DNA of 64,000 nt, from the NCBI RefSeq assembly GCF_006345805.1, contig NC_042997.1, positions 61,566,001 through 61,630,000 on the forward strand, read 5' to 3'. Below the pieces are notes generated by a model that saw only the letters and a list, made by a program, of their open reading frames with translations, was not told where the DNA came from and did not search any database. Source of the DNA: Octopus sinensis. Its lineage: Eukaryota. Positions 1 to 13,505 of the stretch are shown in pieces. Numbering within the stretch: position 1 is the stretch's first letter; each line of letters starts with the position of its first letter. A program made the translations under genes and the position numbers.

Positions 1-442
1 TGGTGAGATGGGAGTTGAAGGATAAGGATGGGTTTAATCAACTAAAAAGATTGTAGGAATAGAAGAAATAAATGTTCATTTAAACACCCACACGCACAGT
101 AAATATTTATGCTGTGTATTTGGAAACCTAAGATAAAAATTTCAATAGTTAAACTATGGGCCCTAGGCTTTTTGCTGTAGAACTCTAAACAGATAGGAAT
201 ACATTTTGCTATTTTCTTTATATTCAGAAAGAGACAAGATGTATTCATGTTTATTTAAAGTTGTCCTACGTGGATAATAGTAATGTTGTCTTTCAAGTAT
301 CTGTGTTCCAAAGAGGCAAGCAAGTTATGTACTAATGGTCTTCTTTTGTATCTAGATTGATGATCGTTTTCATGGAAATGGAAATTTCTTGTGAATACTT
401 TTGTGAGAATTTTGTAAACAAAGACTCCGTTTTCCTCTTAGT

Positions 443-790
443 CATGGCTGTGTTGTTAGGAAGCTCACTTTGCAACCATGTGATTTCAGGTTCAGCCCCA
501 TTGCATAGCACCTTGGGCAAGTGGCTTTGATTAATGCCATATGAGTGAATTCGGCAGATGGAACCTGTGTGGAAACCCATTGTATATCTATTTGTGTGTT
601 TGTGTTTGTCCACCATCATCACCACCACATGGTAACTGATGTTGGTTTGTTTACACTCCTGTAACTTAGCAGGTTGGCAAAATATTCTATTAGAATAAGT
701 ACTAGGCTTAAAAATTAATAAGTACTGGGGTCAATTTGTTCAACTATACCCTTCAAAGTGGTACCCCAACATGGCCACAGTCCAAGTTTT
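443..790 (+). mobile_element. CORE-type SINE copy
   Basis: Same family as 48445-48890, diverged. Further copies near 7320, 7862, 12638, 21140, 43278, 51288 (+) and 2865, 22560, 24770, 26930, 59860, 60350 (-). Confidence 0.75.
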
Positions 791-2491
791 TTGTTTGTTT
801 GTTTTTTTTAAAGTTCCTACAAAAATATGGTTGTCATTCTAATTCCTACATATTATTTAACTGGTAACTAAATGTTGACTTGGAATATTCAATTGACACT
901 TGAATATTGAATTCATTATTAAGGTGGTGAATTGGCAAAATTATTAGACTGTCAAGCAAAGTCTGGCTCTTTACATTCTGAGTCCAAGTCCTGCCAAGGT
1001 CAACTTTGCTGTTTGTTTTCCCAGAGTTCATAAAATGAAATATGAGTCCAGAATAGTGGCTCAGTGAGATTGTTAGCACATCAGATAAAACAGTTTGTGG
1101 TATTGCTTCCAGGTTGGTTTAGTGAATTTGCCTGTGAAGCTGCCATGATAGAGTTTTGTGAAAGAAAACCAAAGAAAAGCAATGGAAAACTGCTTTTGAA
1201 TTTTCCTATGAAAATTCTCTGACAGACATAACACTTGTCATGATTGTCACTAAGCATTGTGTTTTGTTTTGATGATGAAAGGAAGGAAGCAATAATTGGA
1301 TTTGTTGAATTTTCAGTCTGAATATGTAAATTAAAGTATTTTTTTTATAATTTGGAAATTCTTATAACGTATATTTCTTTGAGGTAACTGTGTGAGACAG
1401 CTGTAGCTCTATGGGAATACTACAGTTGTTATAAACATCTATAGAGAGTGATAACTGGAATTTAAGTCTTACAATGAATGGAAAAGATGGTATTAATGGT
1501 AAAGTTATAATCAAACTAGTCATATCCAATTTCTCACACCTACCTACATTGTTATTCGAAAAATAAACGATCACATCATTGAAATCTTGAAACTATGAGA
1601 TAATGCATTGTTAATTCAAAACAATGTGAGTAAATAAACATTACATTTGACTGGGTAATCTGGATTCTAAAGGGATTAAAAATTTGTGGTAGTTGTAAGT
1701 GTCCTGGCTTTCTGTTGGTTATAATGAATGTTCCAGTTGATAGGATCACTCGAACAGCCTGCTTGTGAAATTAACATGCAAGTGGTTGAGCACTCAAGAG
1801 ATATGCATGCCCTTAATGCAGTTCTCAGGGAGATTCAGTGTGACACAGAGTGTGACAAGACTGGTTCTTGCCAGCTGAGTGAACTGAAACAACAAAAAAT
1901 AAAGTGTCTTGCTCAAGGTCACAACACACTGCTGAGAATCAAACTCATAACTTTACAATCATGAGCTGAACACACTAGCCACTAAGTCATGCACCGTCAT
2001 AGGTGTAAGTTACTCTAAAAGATTTGCTAATTGCAACATTGTCACTATAACAAATAGTTTGTTGAGATGGTTGCTATGTTTCAGGCCACATTTAATATGC
2101 GAATTGTTCAGTGAAGCATTTTATCTAAATTATAAGTTATCTGTCTAACAGACCATATGAAGATGAAAGTTTTTGATTTCATTTTATCTATCTTTGAAAC
2201 TATTATAATTCAGTCTAATATGGTGATAAAATTCAATGCTTAGTATTAAGAAATAACAATAAAACAACAGTCATCATCATCATCATCATCATTGTTTAAT
2301 GTCCACTCTTCCATGCTTGATGAAATTCATTGAGATGGATTTTCTGTAGTTCGATGCCCTTCTTGTCACCAATCCTCGACTGTTTTCATGACCTGACATG
2401 TTTTTCATGGAAGATTGGAAATGAAGAACATTGTTTGCATGATGGTGCCATTTGTTTACATATATCACATGAAGTTGAGGCAAAGAGAGAT

Positions 2492-2537
<46 letters not shown>

Positions 2538-2650
2538 GCAAATCAAAAATAAAAACAAAAATTAGAGAAAGCAATAAAAGTCAAAAGGATGTATATGGTG
2601 AATGTATTTCACTTATGTTCAGAGAAAGTTTAAAATAGTAAAAAGTGGAA

Positions 2651-2685
2651 GTATGATGTTTCGGGCATGGTTCTTCATCAGAAAG
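2651..2685 (-). ncRNA. Degenerate minimal type I hammerhead motif
   Basis: Minus strand CTTT-CTGATGA-AGAACCATGCCC-GAAAC-ATC-ATAC after a pyrimidine-rich tract. Same layout as 42279-42314, but stems II, III and I are mutated. Confidence 0.5.
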
Positions 2686-5261
2686 AGGAAAAAACGGAAA
2701 AAGAAGTCCAGAAAGAAGGAAAAGAATAATCCCGAAAAAGAACATGTGCCACATTCTTACACGGCTGAAAAATAACTGAATGGAAGTGGAAAGAAATGGA
2801 GAAAGTAGTTTTTGAAGGCTGGTGAGTGTGCAAATGGCCATTGTGTGTGGGGTGGTAGTATCTGTGCACATATATGACAAGTTTCTTTCAGTTTCTGCCT
2901 ACCAAATCTGCTCACAAAGCCTGGGGCTATAATAGAAAACACTTGCACAAGGGGCCACACAGTAGGACTGAATTCAGAATCATGCAGTTGGGAAGCAAAC
3001 TTCTTACCACACACTAACATTAAATGAGTCATATAGGTCTACCATGATGCACTTGTCTTAGTTTCTAAACACAGTCTCAGAACAAGTCATTCACTAAACA
3101 AATGCAACAACAAAAACCAATCTTTTTTACACCTATATTGTAAAGAGAGCAAATACAAATGTGTGATGAAGAAGAAAAATGACGTTAGAATTCATGTAAA
3201 ATTGGAAGTCTTACAAAGTGGAATGGAAATTACTGCAATACTTAATAATAACTATTAAAAGAAATTACTTACATTTTATTCTGATTTCTTTAGGTTTCTG
3301 CTGTAAACTAATTGTCAATCATTTTTCATATAGCTTTGGCCTCATATTAATAGAGGTGAGAATGAAGAATTTGTGTTGTATAAATGGTAGGAAATTTAAA
3401 CTGTGTAGGAAACACAACTTGTCAGAGCTTTCTCTTCTACTCTACTATTCCTAGTTTTATTGTATTCCATTACACTGAACGTTAAAATATTCCTCCTCTT
3501 ATTATCAAACAATGAAAGCACAGTTTTTAAACATATTTCATCTATTATGGTTGACTTCACCCCACTGTATTAACTTAAAACCATCAGACATTTAGTCATC
3601 ACTCATAATTCACATAGTCATAGTACGAGAGTCCAAGTCTTTGGATTCAGGTGGCAATATTATCTGTTAATTCTTTTCTAAGACTCATTTAAGCCTTTTA
3701 CCTTGGAAAACAGAATATATCCACTCAAATTTCATTACCCTTAACTGTACAAAGCAGTTTTATGTACCAGTCTATCTTTTGTTGAGGAATGTCATATTTG
3801 AAACTATTTTCTGTCAAGATGTATCAAGTTTATTGAGGCAACATGACTTGCAAGAAATACCAATTCTATTTTTTGGTAGATACTTAACATCATTACTGGA
3901 ATAACCATGAAATTTAATTTTGCAGTTAAAGGTTAAAATCTAATAAGAGTCTCAGAGAATATTTTTATAGCTGGTTTGGTTACTGTTTGTGTAACACTAT
4001 TTTTATATGTTTCCTATTTGGAAATAGATAATAAATATATTTTACTTTTGAAATAGGAATACGTATTGATAAACACATCACTTATAAGTGTTATCATTAT
4101 ACATAAATCCTGACTCCAGCTACATAAACACCATAGCGAGAAATATATACTCTGAAATACTAACAGACATCTTATAGGTGCATGTATGTTGAAGATAAAT
4201 AAATTTGTGTTCTTTTAACCGCTATAAAAAAATACACAGTTTCATAATTGCAGAAATAAACATTAACAAGTTGAAGAATGTGAAGAAAGAGAAAATAATT
4301 ACTACATTATTTTATTTATGTACATTTAGCATTTATAGTACAATTGGAAAGTAAAGTCATTTTGTCGTAGAGAATTACGACTTAAAATTCACATTAGCTA
4401 ATCTTTCATACTAACTACTAGAGTTCACAACAATTCAAATAAGTCTTGTTGGATAAAAAATAGCCAATATCTCAATGAGTGAGTGTCATGGAGTTTAGTA
4501 ACATCCTATGAACACTGATTTATTTCCCCAAAATCAGGGTTTTTATAACTGCTCATACCTGAATTCTAAGAACCATATTTTGTGAAAGAATTCTCTTTGA
4601 TGAAAGTTTAGAATCCAAATATGGGCAGTAATTTTAACCAATGGGATTACCAACAATTAAGCTTGTTCGGGCAAATGACCATTATGTCATATTGCCGCCT
4701 TCTATGTCTTGCTACAATATAAACAAACTATGTGTAGCTTTTTTTCTTTCATTTATTTCTTATTGTTGTGACTACCCCACTTTTTAAAAAAATCTTGCTG
4801 TATCCTGGACTACTTTGTCCACTATTTTCTTCCATTTTTAACCCTTAAGCATTTAAACCAGCCATATCTAGCCAAAATATTCTACCTGTTTTATGTTGAA
4901 ACCAGCCAGATTTGGCCTCTCACGCCTACCCTACAATGTCATTCTAAGAATATACAGTCACATCATCAAAATCTCAAAGCTACAAGATAATGCTGGGTTA
5001 CTTCAAATCAATGTGAATAACTATTACATTTGATAAAGTAATCTGAATGCTAGAGGATTAAGATAGAAATGTGTGATATGAGGAAGAATTTTATTTTCCT
5101 GCCATCCAGAAGCTTCTTAATTGCTTCAAAGAATTGATACTAAGTGAGTGATGCAAATCTTATCAGTTAATTTGCTAGATCTTAATTAGCATTATATAAC
5201 CCCAATTATCATTATTCTTCTTTACAAAAACATTTGAACCAGAATTACACCATCTCTAAGG

Positions 5262-5470
5262 CAGCGAGCTGGCAGAAACATTAGTGTGCCAGGTGAAATG
5301 CTTAGCCATATTTCATCGATTTTGACATTCTGAGTTCAAATTCCACTGAGGTCGACTTTGCCTTTCATCCTTTCGGGGTTGATAAATTAAGTACCTGTTG
5401 TGTACTGGGGTTGATCTAATCGACTAGCCCCCTCCCCAAAAAATTTCAGACCTTGTGCCTAGAGTAGAAA
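5262..5470 (+). mobile_element. Meta-domain-like SINE copy
   Basis: ggcagcgagctggcagaa...gtcgactttgcctttcatcctttcggggttgataaattaagtacc. Others near 6274, 24610, 25612, 60738 (+) and 940, 7505 (-). Confidence 0.8.
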
Positions 5471-6004
5471 AGAATTACACCATCTCTCTCTTTCATCTGT
5501 ACGATAGTTAGGTAGGCAGTAAAACAAGGACTAGTTATCAATGGTATTGTTTAACCCCAGGTTAGCCCTAATTAAGCAGACCTATAAAGAAAGGTGTTCC
5601 AGTGATAATCATCCCATTTTTTGTTCCAGTGTATCTAGGATTACATTATTCAATGTACCCTCCCCCCTTTCTTTGTAAAACAGTACAATCTACTGTGATT
5701 GAGTCAACCAACTCCACATCCTCTGCAAATTCACGCCTCAATTGAACAAAAATTATAGAAAAAAGCCAAAAATACTGATCTTTTGTTTCTTATTCTTCAT
5801 TCCACCTTAATGAATGACCATCACAACACACTTTCATTAAAACTACCATCACCATCACCACCATCAAACACATTCATATAAAGACACATGACCTCAGACC
5901 ATGTGTCTGTTTATAATAAATCTGTATTTTTTGAATGGATATCAATGTAAATTTCTTATGTTTTTCTTCATATTTTAATGTACTTATCTTTTCTTCACTT
6001 CTAG

Positions 6005-6064
6005 TTTTGGCAATCCGTATCATGATGAATATTCAATCCTTGCTCCTTTGTATCAATGTTGCAA
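6005..6064 (+). CDS. FAM20B: Penultimate coding exon of glycosaminoglycan xylose kinase (FAM20B)
   Basis: Acceptor ttttcttcacttctAG|, donor |GTaaga. The 60-bp exon reads (S)FGNPYHDEYSILAPLYQCC(K), matching the FAM20B motif SFGNPxxDExSILAPLYQCC. Phase 2 at both ends, and it joins in frame to the exon at 13785. Confidence 0.93.
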
Positions 6065-6105
6065 GTAAGATTTCTTCTTTCTTTTTTTTTCAGTCATTCT
6101 CTTTA

Positions 6106-6164
<59 letters not shown>

Positions 6165-6510
6165 GAAGACATCACACTGTGTCCAATACTGTGATGTTGT
6201 AGATTGAAGATATTGTGGTGTTTATCAGGAGTTTGTACTGTCCGTCAAGTCCCAACAATTATTATTATTATTGAGCTGGCAGAATCATTAGCATGCTGGG
6301 AAAAATGCTTAGCAGCATTTCATCTGTCTTTACATTCTAAGTTCAAATTCCACTGAGGTCGACTTTGCCTTTTATCCTTTCAGGGTTGATAAATTAAGAA
6401 TCAGTGAAACACTGAAGTTGAAATAATTGACTGGTCTCCGCTCCCAATATTTCAGGTCTTGTGCCTTTAGTAGAAAGGATTATTATTATCATTACTATTA
6501 TTATTATTGC

Positions 6511-6543
<33 letters not shown>

Positions 6544-7993
6544 CATTATTATTATTAAAGTGGTGATCTGGTGTTGATTAAATAAGTGCCAGTCAAGTGC
6601 CAGGGTTGATGTAATCAACTTGTACCCCATCCCACTCAAAATTGCATGCTTTGCAACAAAATTAGAAAGAATTTTTCTTTTTATCATCATTACCAGCAGC
6701 AGTAGTAGTAGTCGATGGCATCATCATCATTGTCAAAATCATAATACCATTGGCTTCATCTTGTTGCAAAAGCAAGTTGGCTTATTTAAAATAAAATAGG
6801 TGTTCTAGGAATATTGCTGTAATTTTGTCTGAGGAGAAATTTAATTGAATAAACCTATGATCAAAGGTATTCCAGGCATGACCAGCCAGTTCTTTTAGGG
6901 ATATGCTGGACTATATTTTTACTCAGGACTTACAACTGACAGATAGTTTCAGCAATAGAAAACAATAAAACCCAGTGGGGACATAGTTTCTTTGGTTTGA
7001 TCAAAAGACTGACTGCCTCAAGTTTATATTATTCAATACTTGCTTCCCCTTTTTTATGAAAATAAGATGTAATTCGAAAGAATTTGGTTGCAATTTCTAT
7101 CAGGTTGAGGGAGCAGATGCTTTCTCACATTGGCTTGATGAAATTAAAATTCAATAAAATATGTGAATCAGAAGCTGAACTGATCATCACATGGGGAGAA
7201 CTTGAAGTCTTTTTTACAGGCTAAAAGTCTGAGATAATTGATCAGATTTATAATTCTATGAATATTTAACCTCATTTTTAGTGAAGGAAGATATTTCAAT
7301 CTTGCATGTTCATTATAAGTGCAGGCATAGTTGTATGATTAAGCAGCTCATCTCTGCAGCTATATGGTGTCAGTTTCAGTCCCATTGCATAGCATTATGC
7401 AAAAGCATCCTCTACCATAGCCCCATGCCAACCAATGTCTTGTGAGTAAATGTGGTTGACAGAAACAGTGTGGAAGCCTATTTGTGTGTGTGTATACACA
7501 CACATATATATTCTGTATACAGTCCTTTCAACTATAGGCACAAGGCCTATAATTTTGGAGGAGGGGGTTAAGTCAATTACATTGACCCCAGTGTGTAACT
7601 GATACTTATTTCATCAACCCCGAAATAATGAAAGGCTGAGTTAACCTCGGCAGAATTTGAACTCAGAACGCAAAGACATACGAAATGCCACTAAGCATTT
7701 TGCCTGGTATGTTAACAATTCTTCCAGCTCAGCGCCTTATATTCTGAAAATAATAATAATATTTTATAAGCTTAAATCATTGTGTATTGACTAAAGAAAA
7801 TAGTGTAATATTGGGGCATATAAGCCCTTGATGGTAAAAAGTGAGTTTTCTGCATACATGGTTGTAGCTGTGTGTTAAGAAGCTTGCTTCCCAATTACAT
7901 GGCTCCAGGTTCAGTCTCACTGTGTGACACCTTGGGTAAGTGTCATCTACTATAACCTTGGGCTGGTAGGTGGAAACTGGAAGAAACCTAATG

Positions 7994-8030
<37 letters not shown>

Positions 8031-8418
8031 CCCCTTATATGGTATTTCAAGATGTACATATGCATGCTTTTTTGACCAGCAATTAACGGAGAATCGAGGG
8101 CGATGTTTTAATTAGATATACAGAGAAGGAATAACGAGTAAATAATAATACGAAGGAAAGGAACTGAATACTAACAAGGATACACTTGTAAGCTTCAGTT
8201 TTGAATTTGATTTGGTGAGTGAAAGGAATAAATTAGAAAATGAAATCATTATAAAATGATCACAAAGAAGAAAACTAAAGGTACTAATTTTAAATATTAA
8301 AATATTTAATTATTATCCACTGATGAGTTCCAAATGACTTAATATAATAATGTGTATTACTTTTGTTGAAATAGATTTCCCTTCTATATTTTAAAGATGT
8401 CACAGGCCAACAGGTCTT

Positions 8419-8479
8419 GGGGTCTGACGATACGCCACAAAGTTAAACCGTTTATTGACGGGAAACCCAGGGTAACCCC
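8419..8479 (+). ncRNA. Type I hammerhead motif, family H1 copy A
   Basis: GGGGT-CTGACGA-[stem II 8431-8461]-GAAAC-CCAG-GGTA^ACCCC. Perfect 5-bp stem I, intact core, 3-bp stem III, GUA triplet. Stem II is decayed. Confidence 0.8.
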
Positions 8480-8623
8480 ATAAATCGGCCTTGACCAGGA
8501 TAAAAAGAATTATAAATTTTATATATATATATATATATATATAAAGATATGATCGTTATTTAAAATACCAATCATATCAAGTGACTAGTGTCAGAATAAA
8601 AACCTCATAGGTAATAATTATTA

Positions 8624-8891
8624 TTAAAATTATAATTAAGGGTAACTAAAAGATCCAGCAAGCTAGATATAGCAGTCAAAAATTGACTCTAAAACCACAT
8701 CAAATATTCATACAGCACCGGGAGAGAAAACAGTTTATTTTGTTAATTTATTTCATCTCTTTGTTTTTTGCTAGTTTATTTTGTCTCTTGTCTTCCCTCC
8801 TGCTGCTGTATGAATATGTATGTTTTTTAGTCAAGTTTTGATTGCTATATCTAGCATGCTGGTATCTGTTAGATTCCCCTAATTATGATTT

Positions 8892-8895
<4 letters not shown>
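8624..8895. repeat. Old fold-back element: about 110-bp inverted arms (8624-8733 / 8787-8895)
   Basis: The reverse complement of the right arm aligns to the left arm (ccagcaagctagatatagcagtcaaaa vs ccagcatgctagatatagcaatcaaaa), roughly 80% by eye. The right end abuts (TA)n. Confidence 0.8.
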
Positions 8896-8962
<67 letters not shown>

Positions 8963-8999
8963 CCTGGAACTGGAACTATATCTATATGCTATCTGACAG

Positions 9000-11900
9000 A
9001 TAGGCCTCTTGATCGGGACACTTTTTTGCAATTTTTCGCCAAAAATCGTCGCTGAGGACTTTTGAAATTATTTAGACGCCATGTTCGACCGTTTCACATT
9101 CATTAAAACTTAGTAAAACTTCATTAGTTCTTACAACTTTAGTCGTCGTAATTCTTTGTTTTCATTTGTTTAATAAAATTTCCACTCAGTAATGATTTTG
9201 CTTTCATTTAGTGATAGACAGCTATTATGCACAAAATGCCAGCTTGTAAACCCTGTTTTCTGATTAGGTAAAATGGATTAAAATTTAAACGTCAGTAACA
9301 TATTTCTGCAATTTTTCTGGAACAATTAAATAACAACCTCGGATTTAACGTGGAAAACCTATCTCAAAATACCAAATTTGGAAATTTTGAAGTAGTTTTA
9401 AAATTTCACAATATGTGACAGCAACAGAGAAGACCCAACAAAAGTAGAGGGACAGACAGTCATAGAATGTCACTCACACACACGCGCCGTCACACACATT
9501 TACAAACGTACACACTGGTAATCGCGAGTTTAAAATGGAATATAGTAGACATATGTATGTATATATGTATATATATTTGTATATATGTGTGTGAGTGAGT
9601 GTTTCGTAGCGATAGATTGCAGAAAAGCCACCTGTGAACAATTATTGCCAACTTACCCCTTCTCTCATTAAAACTACGTATTCCTCACACTCCCCTTTCA
9701 TTCCCTTCCTCAGCGTTTTAAAAGTTACTTATGTGTATGTCCATGTGTGTGTGTGTGTGTGTGTGTGCGTGCATTGAGTGTGTGTGTATGTATGAATGTA
9801 TTTATGTATTTACGAAAGTGTGTATGCAGCGTCGCGCCTATATAACTTAATGACAGCTGTATTAACGTTACCGTCCCACTGCCGCTCCGTGTTGTCGCTT
9901 ACACACCTTTGTTCTCCCCTTCTCTGATATCAGCAATACTGCCTATGTCACCATATTTCCCTCATGCTAACACTCTTGCCCCCTTCTCACATTATCAAAT
10001 AATATCCCAGCCCACCTAGGAGCCCTATTATAGATATTTATTGAAATCCAATTTACCTATAATTAGGTTAATAAAAGGGCTTGAACCAGCTTTTTCTGGA
10101 CACAGAGCTGTGGTTGGTTATCATTCACTCAATCTATTATTTGAATTTAGTACAGACATGAGTGTTTCAAACTAGCTATTGTTGTCTGATAAAATTTACC
10201 CAAAATGAGTTGTTCGAAGCTATCTAAAAAGCGAAAAATTGAAGAGGAATGTCTTGTTTTTAATGAAAATTGGACTAAAAGATATTTCTTTACCGATGTT
10301 GGAGTGAAAGCTGCATGTTTGATTTGTTCTGAAACAGTTGCTGTGTTCAAGGAATATAATTTGAAACACCACTTTCAAACGAAGCACGCCAATTTTGGAC
10401 ACAATTTATCAAAACAAGAACTGCAAAAGAAAGCAAATGATCTGACAAAACGTTTGAAGCAACAGCAAAATGTGTTTGATAAAACTTCCTCTTTACAAAG
10501 GAACGCGACAAAGGCAAGTTTTATATTGGCCAACAAAATTGCAAAGCAAAACAAGTCATTCGCAGAAGCAGAATTTATCAAAGATTGTATGATTGATGCT
10601 GTCAGCGTTGTGTGTCTTGAAGTTAAGTCAAAAGTAGAAGCCATTTCCCTGTCACGAAGAACTATTGTTCATCGCATTGATGCAATTGCCGTGAATATTC
10701 ATGAACAGCTGTTAACAGCCAGTGGTCAATTTCAGTGGTTTTCTATTGCTTTAGATGAGAGTACTGATATTCAGGATACTGCTCAGTTACTCATTTACAT
10801 CAGAGGAATTGATGAAAACTTTGAAATTACAGAGGAATTGTTATCTATGGAGTCTCTCAAAGATACTACTACTGGAAAAGATTTGTTCAACAGTGTCATT
10901 AACAGTTCAATCAGGTCTGGATTAACCCTAAATAAACTGGCCAGCATTACAACCAATGGAGCTCCTTCACTCACCGGTAAACATTCCGGCCTTGTGAAGT
11001 TGTTGAATGACAAAATCAAAGAAGATTTTCCACTACACAGTGTGTTGTCTTTTCACTGCATCATACATCAAGAAAGCCTTTGTAAGTCATCTTTAAAACT
11101 CAAACATGTCATCAAACCTGTGGTGCGTGCAGTGAATTTAATAAGATCACGGGGATTGAAACACAGGCAATTCCGAAGTTTCTTGGAGGATGTGGAGGCT
11201 GATTTTACTGATGTGCTGTACTACACAAATGTCCACTGGTTAAGCATTGGAAAAGTTCTTAAGAGAGTATGGGACCTCAAAGCAGAGATTCTTATGTTTC
11301 TCAAAATGCAAGACATCTCCTGTGACTTTTTAAACGAAATGGAGAGTGACGAATGGGTTTGTGATTTTGCATTTGCTGTGGACATAATGCAGAAGCTGAA
11401 TGAACTTAACACAAAATTGCAAGGCAAAGGTATATTTGCTCATGAATTGTACCTGGAAGTGAAAGCTTTTCAATGGAAGCTTGGACTTTTTGCCAAGCAG
11501 CTGAATGAGCAAAAATTTATTCACTTCCCTCTGCTGAAAACACAGTCTGTTACACAAGAATCATCGGACAAGTACAGTTCCCAGTTGATGGCTTTACAAA
11601 AGGATTTCATTAGAAGATTTGCTGATTTCAAGGCAGTTGAAGGCCTGTTCGATTTGCTTAACTCACCTCTTGCCTGTGACATTGAAACAACTACCGAGGA
11701 ACTGCAGATAGAACTGATTCATTTGCAAGCCGACAATTCTTTAAAGATGATGTTTGAAAGTAAACCACTGGTCGAGTTTTATGCTTCTCTACATTCAAAA
11801 AAGTTTCAAAATCTAAAAAAATTTGCAAGAAAGATGTTTGTGTTGTTTGCATCAACTTACATATGTGAGCAGACTTTCTCCATCATGAAAATTAACAAGG

Positions 11901-12527
11901 GGAAGAATTGATCACTTCTCACAGACTCAAATCTTCAGTCAGTGTTAAGAATCAGCACAAGCAACTTGACACCTAATTTTGACAAAATGGTAAATGACAG
12001 TAGTCAGCTGCATCATTCTCATTGACATTGTTATTTACAGAGCCGGTTTGTTTTTCAAATAAATGCTTCAGGTGACGTTTCTAATTTCAGATATCAATTC
12101 ATATTAATAAACTGTTATTTCTCTTTAAAATCTTTTATATTGGGTATCCTAGAATTTAAGTATAATATTCATCATGGTTGTCCATAATATTAAGAGGTGG
12201 TTGTCCACAATTAGTGCAGATTTTACTAGGAAAATTCCGTTCCTGGCAATTTGTAAGCAATAACAGGCTGTCCAAAATAACCGAGGTTCCTGTAATAATT
12301 TCAACTATAGGAGCAAATAACCGAAAAACATGAACCCGATACTCTAAAAAATAAATTAAATCACTTAAACCAGGAATATTTCACAAAATTTCCTTTCAAT
12401 CAATTGTGTGTTTATAGGTCTATAACCGCCTTTAAAAATATTTTCACTTGATTCTTATAAATGAGGCCCGCTAAGGTTCCAAAGATGCACTGTGCAGCCC
12501 GCGATCAAAAAAGTTCGCCCACCCCTG
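9000..12527 (+). mobile_element. hAT DNA transposon in the last FAM20B intron
   Basis: Right end aagttcgcccacccctg (12511-12527) is the reverse complement of a CAGGGGTGGGC-type hAT TIR. Left TIR and 8-bp TSD not found; left boundary approximate. Confidence 0.75.
10205..12025 (+). pseudogene. hAT (Charlie/SPIN, GTF2IRD2/EPM2AIP1-like) transposase with premature stop
   Basis: 568-aa ORF with BED-like zinc finger (CLIC...HFQTKH), DESTD, HCIIH and YICEQTFS. TGA at 11909-11911 is followed by 37 more in-frame codons typical of the family C-terminus, ending at 12025. The second catalytic D is N (TTNGAP). Confidence 0.9.
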
Positions 12528-13149
12528 GTATAGTATGTATATATATATATATATGTTAGAAGGTTTGGAGATGATGTACAGGTATTATATATTAGAAGAA
12601 ATAAGGTACTCCGAAATCTCAGTATATATATATAGGTGCAGGCGTGGCTGTATGGTAAGAAACTTGCTTCCCAATCACATGGTTCTAGATTTAGTCCCAC
12701 TGTGTGACACCTTGGGCAAGTGTCTCCTACTATAACCTCGGGCTGACCAAAGCCTTGTGAGTGGATTTGGTAGATAGAAACTGAAAGAAGCCTGTTGTGT
12801 ATGTATTAGTATCAACACTATTCTATGTTTCGTGTGTCTATATCTTTATCAACTCTCTTTTATGTTTAATTTATATCGTATTTCAACAGAAATGTGCTTA
12901 ATATAAATCTCATATTTATTTTTTTATCTTCTCTTTTACTTGCTTCAGTCATCAGACTGCAACCTTGATGGGAATTCTTAATTGAATGAATCGATTCCAC
13001 TACTTCAAAAAGAAAGAACACTTTTGCCCAATATAGTTATTGGTATAGATGGTATAAGACAGGATGAAATACATTTTATCATGGGATCTTTTAAATTCAG
13101 ACAGATCTAGGGCTCAACAAAAAAAAGAAACCACTATATGATAGTGAAG

Positions 13150-13505
13150 ACACATGGCTCAATGGTTAGAGTATCAGGCTCACAATCATGAGGTAGTGAG
13201 TTTGATTCCTGGACTGGGCTGTGTGTTGTGTTCTTGAGCAAGACTTTATTTCATATTGCTCCAATACATTCAGCTGTAGAAATGAGTTGCGACGTCACTG
13301 GTGCCAAGCTGTATCAGCCTTTGCCTTTCATCTTGAATAACATCAGTGGCATGGAGAGAGGAGGCTGGTATGCATGGGTAACTGCTGGTCTTCCATAAAC
13401 AACTTTGCCTGGATTTGTACCTTGGAGGGTAACTCTTTAGGTGTAACTTTTCTAGTTGTAACTTTCTAGGTGCAAACCCATGGTCATTTTTGACTGAAGG
13501 GGTCC
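13150..13505 (+). mobile_element. Third tRNA-derived SINE family
   Basis: A-box-like tggctcaatggttagag, B-box-like gagtttgattcc. Second copy at about 26130-26435. Confidence 0.8.

Noticed and set aside
8318-8345. CTGATGAGTTCCAAATGAC as a hammerhead
   Set aside because: GAAA is absent (TTAA instead); at most a relic.
8961-8966. cccctg as the left hAT TIR
   Set aside because: Same orientation as the right TIR rather than inverted, and no matching 8-bp TSD.
13150-13225. tRNA gene
   Set aside because: A/B-box-like head continues into a SINE body; no full cloverleaf.
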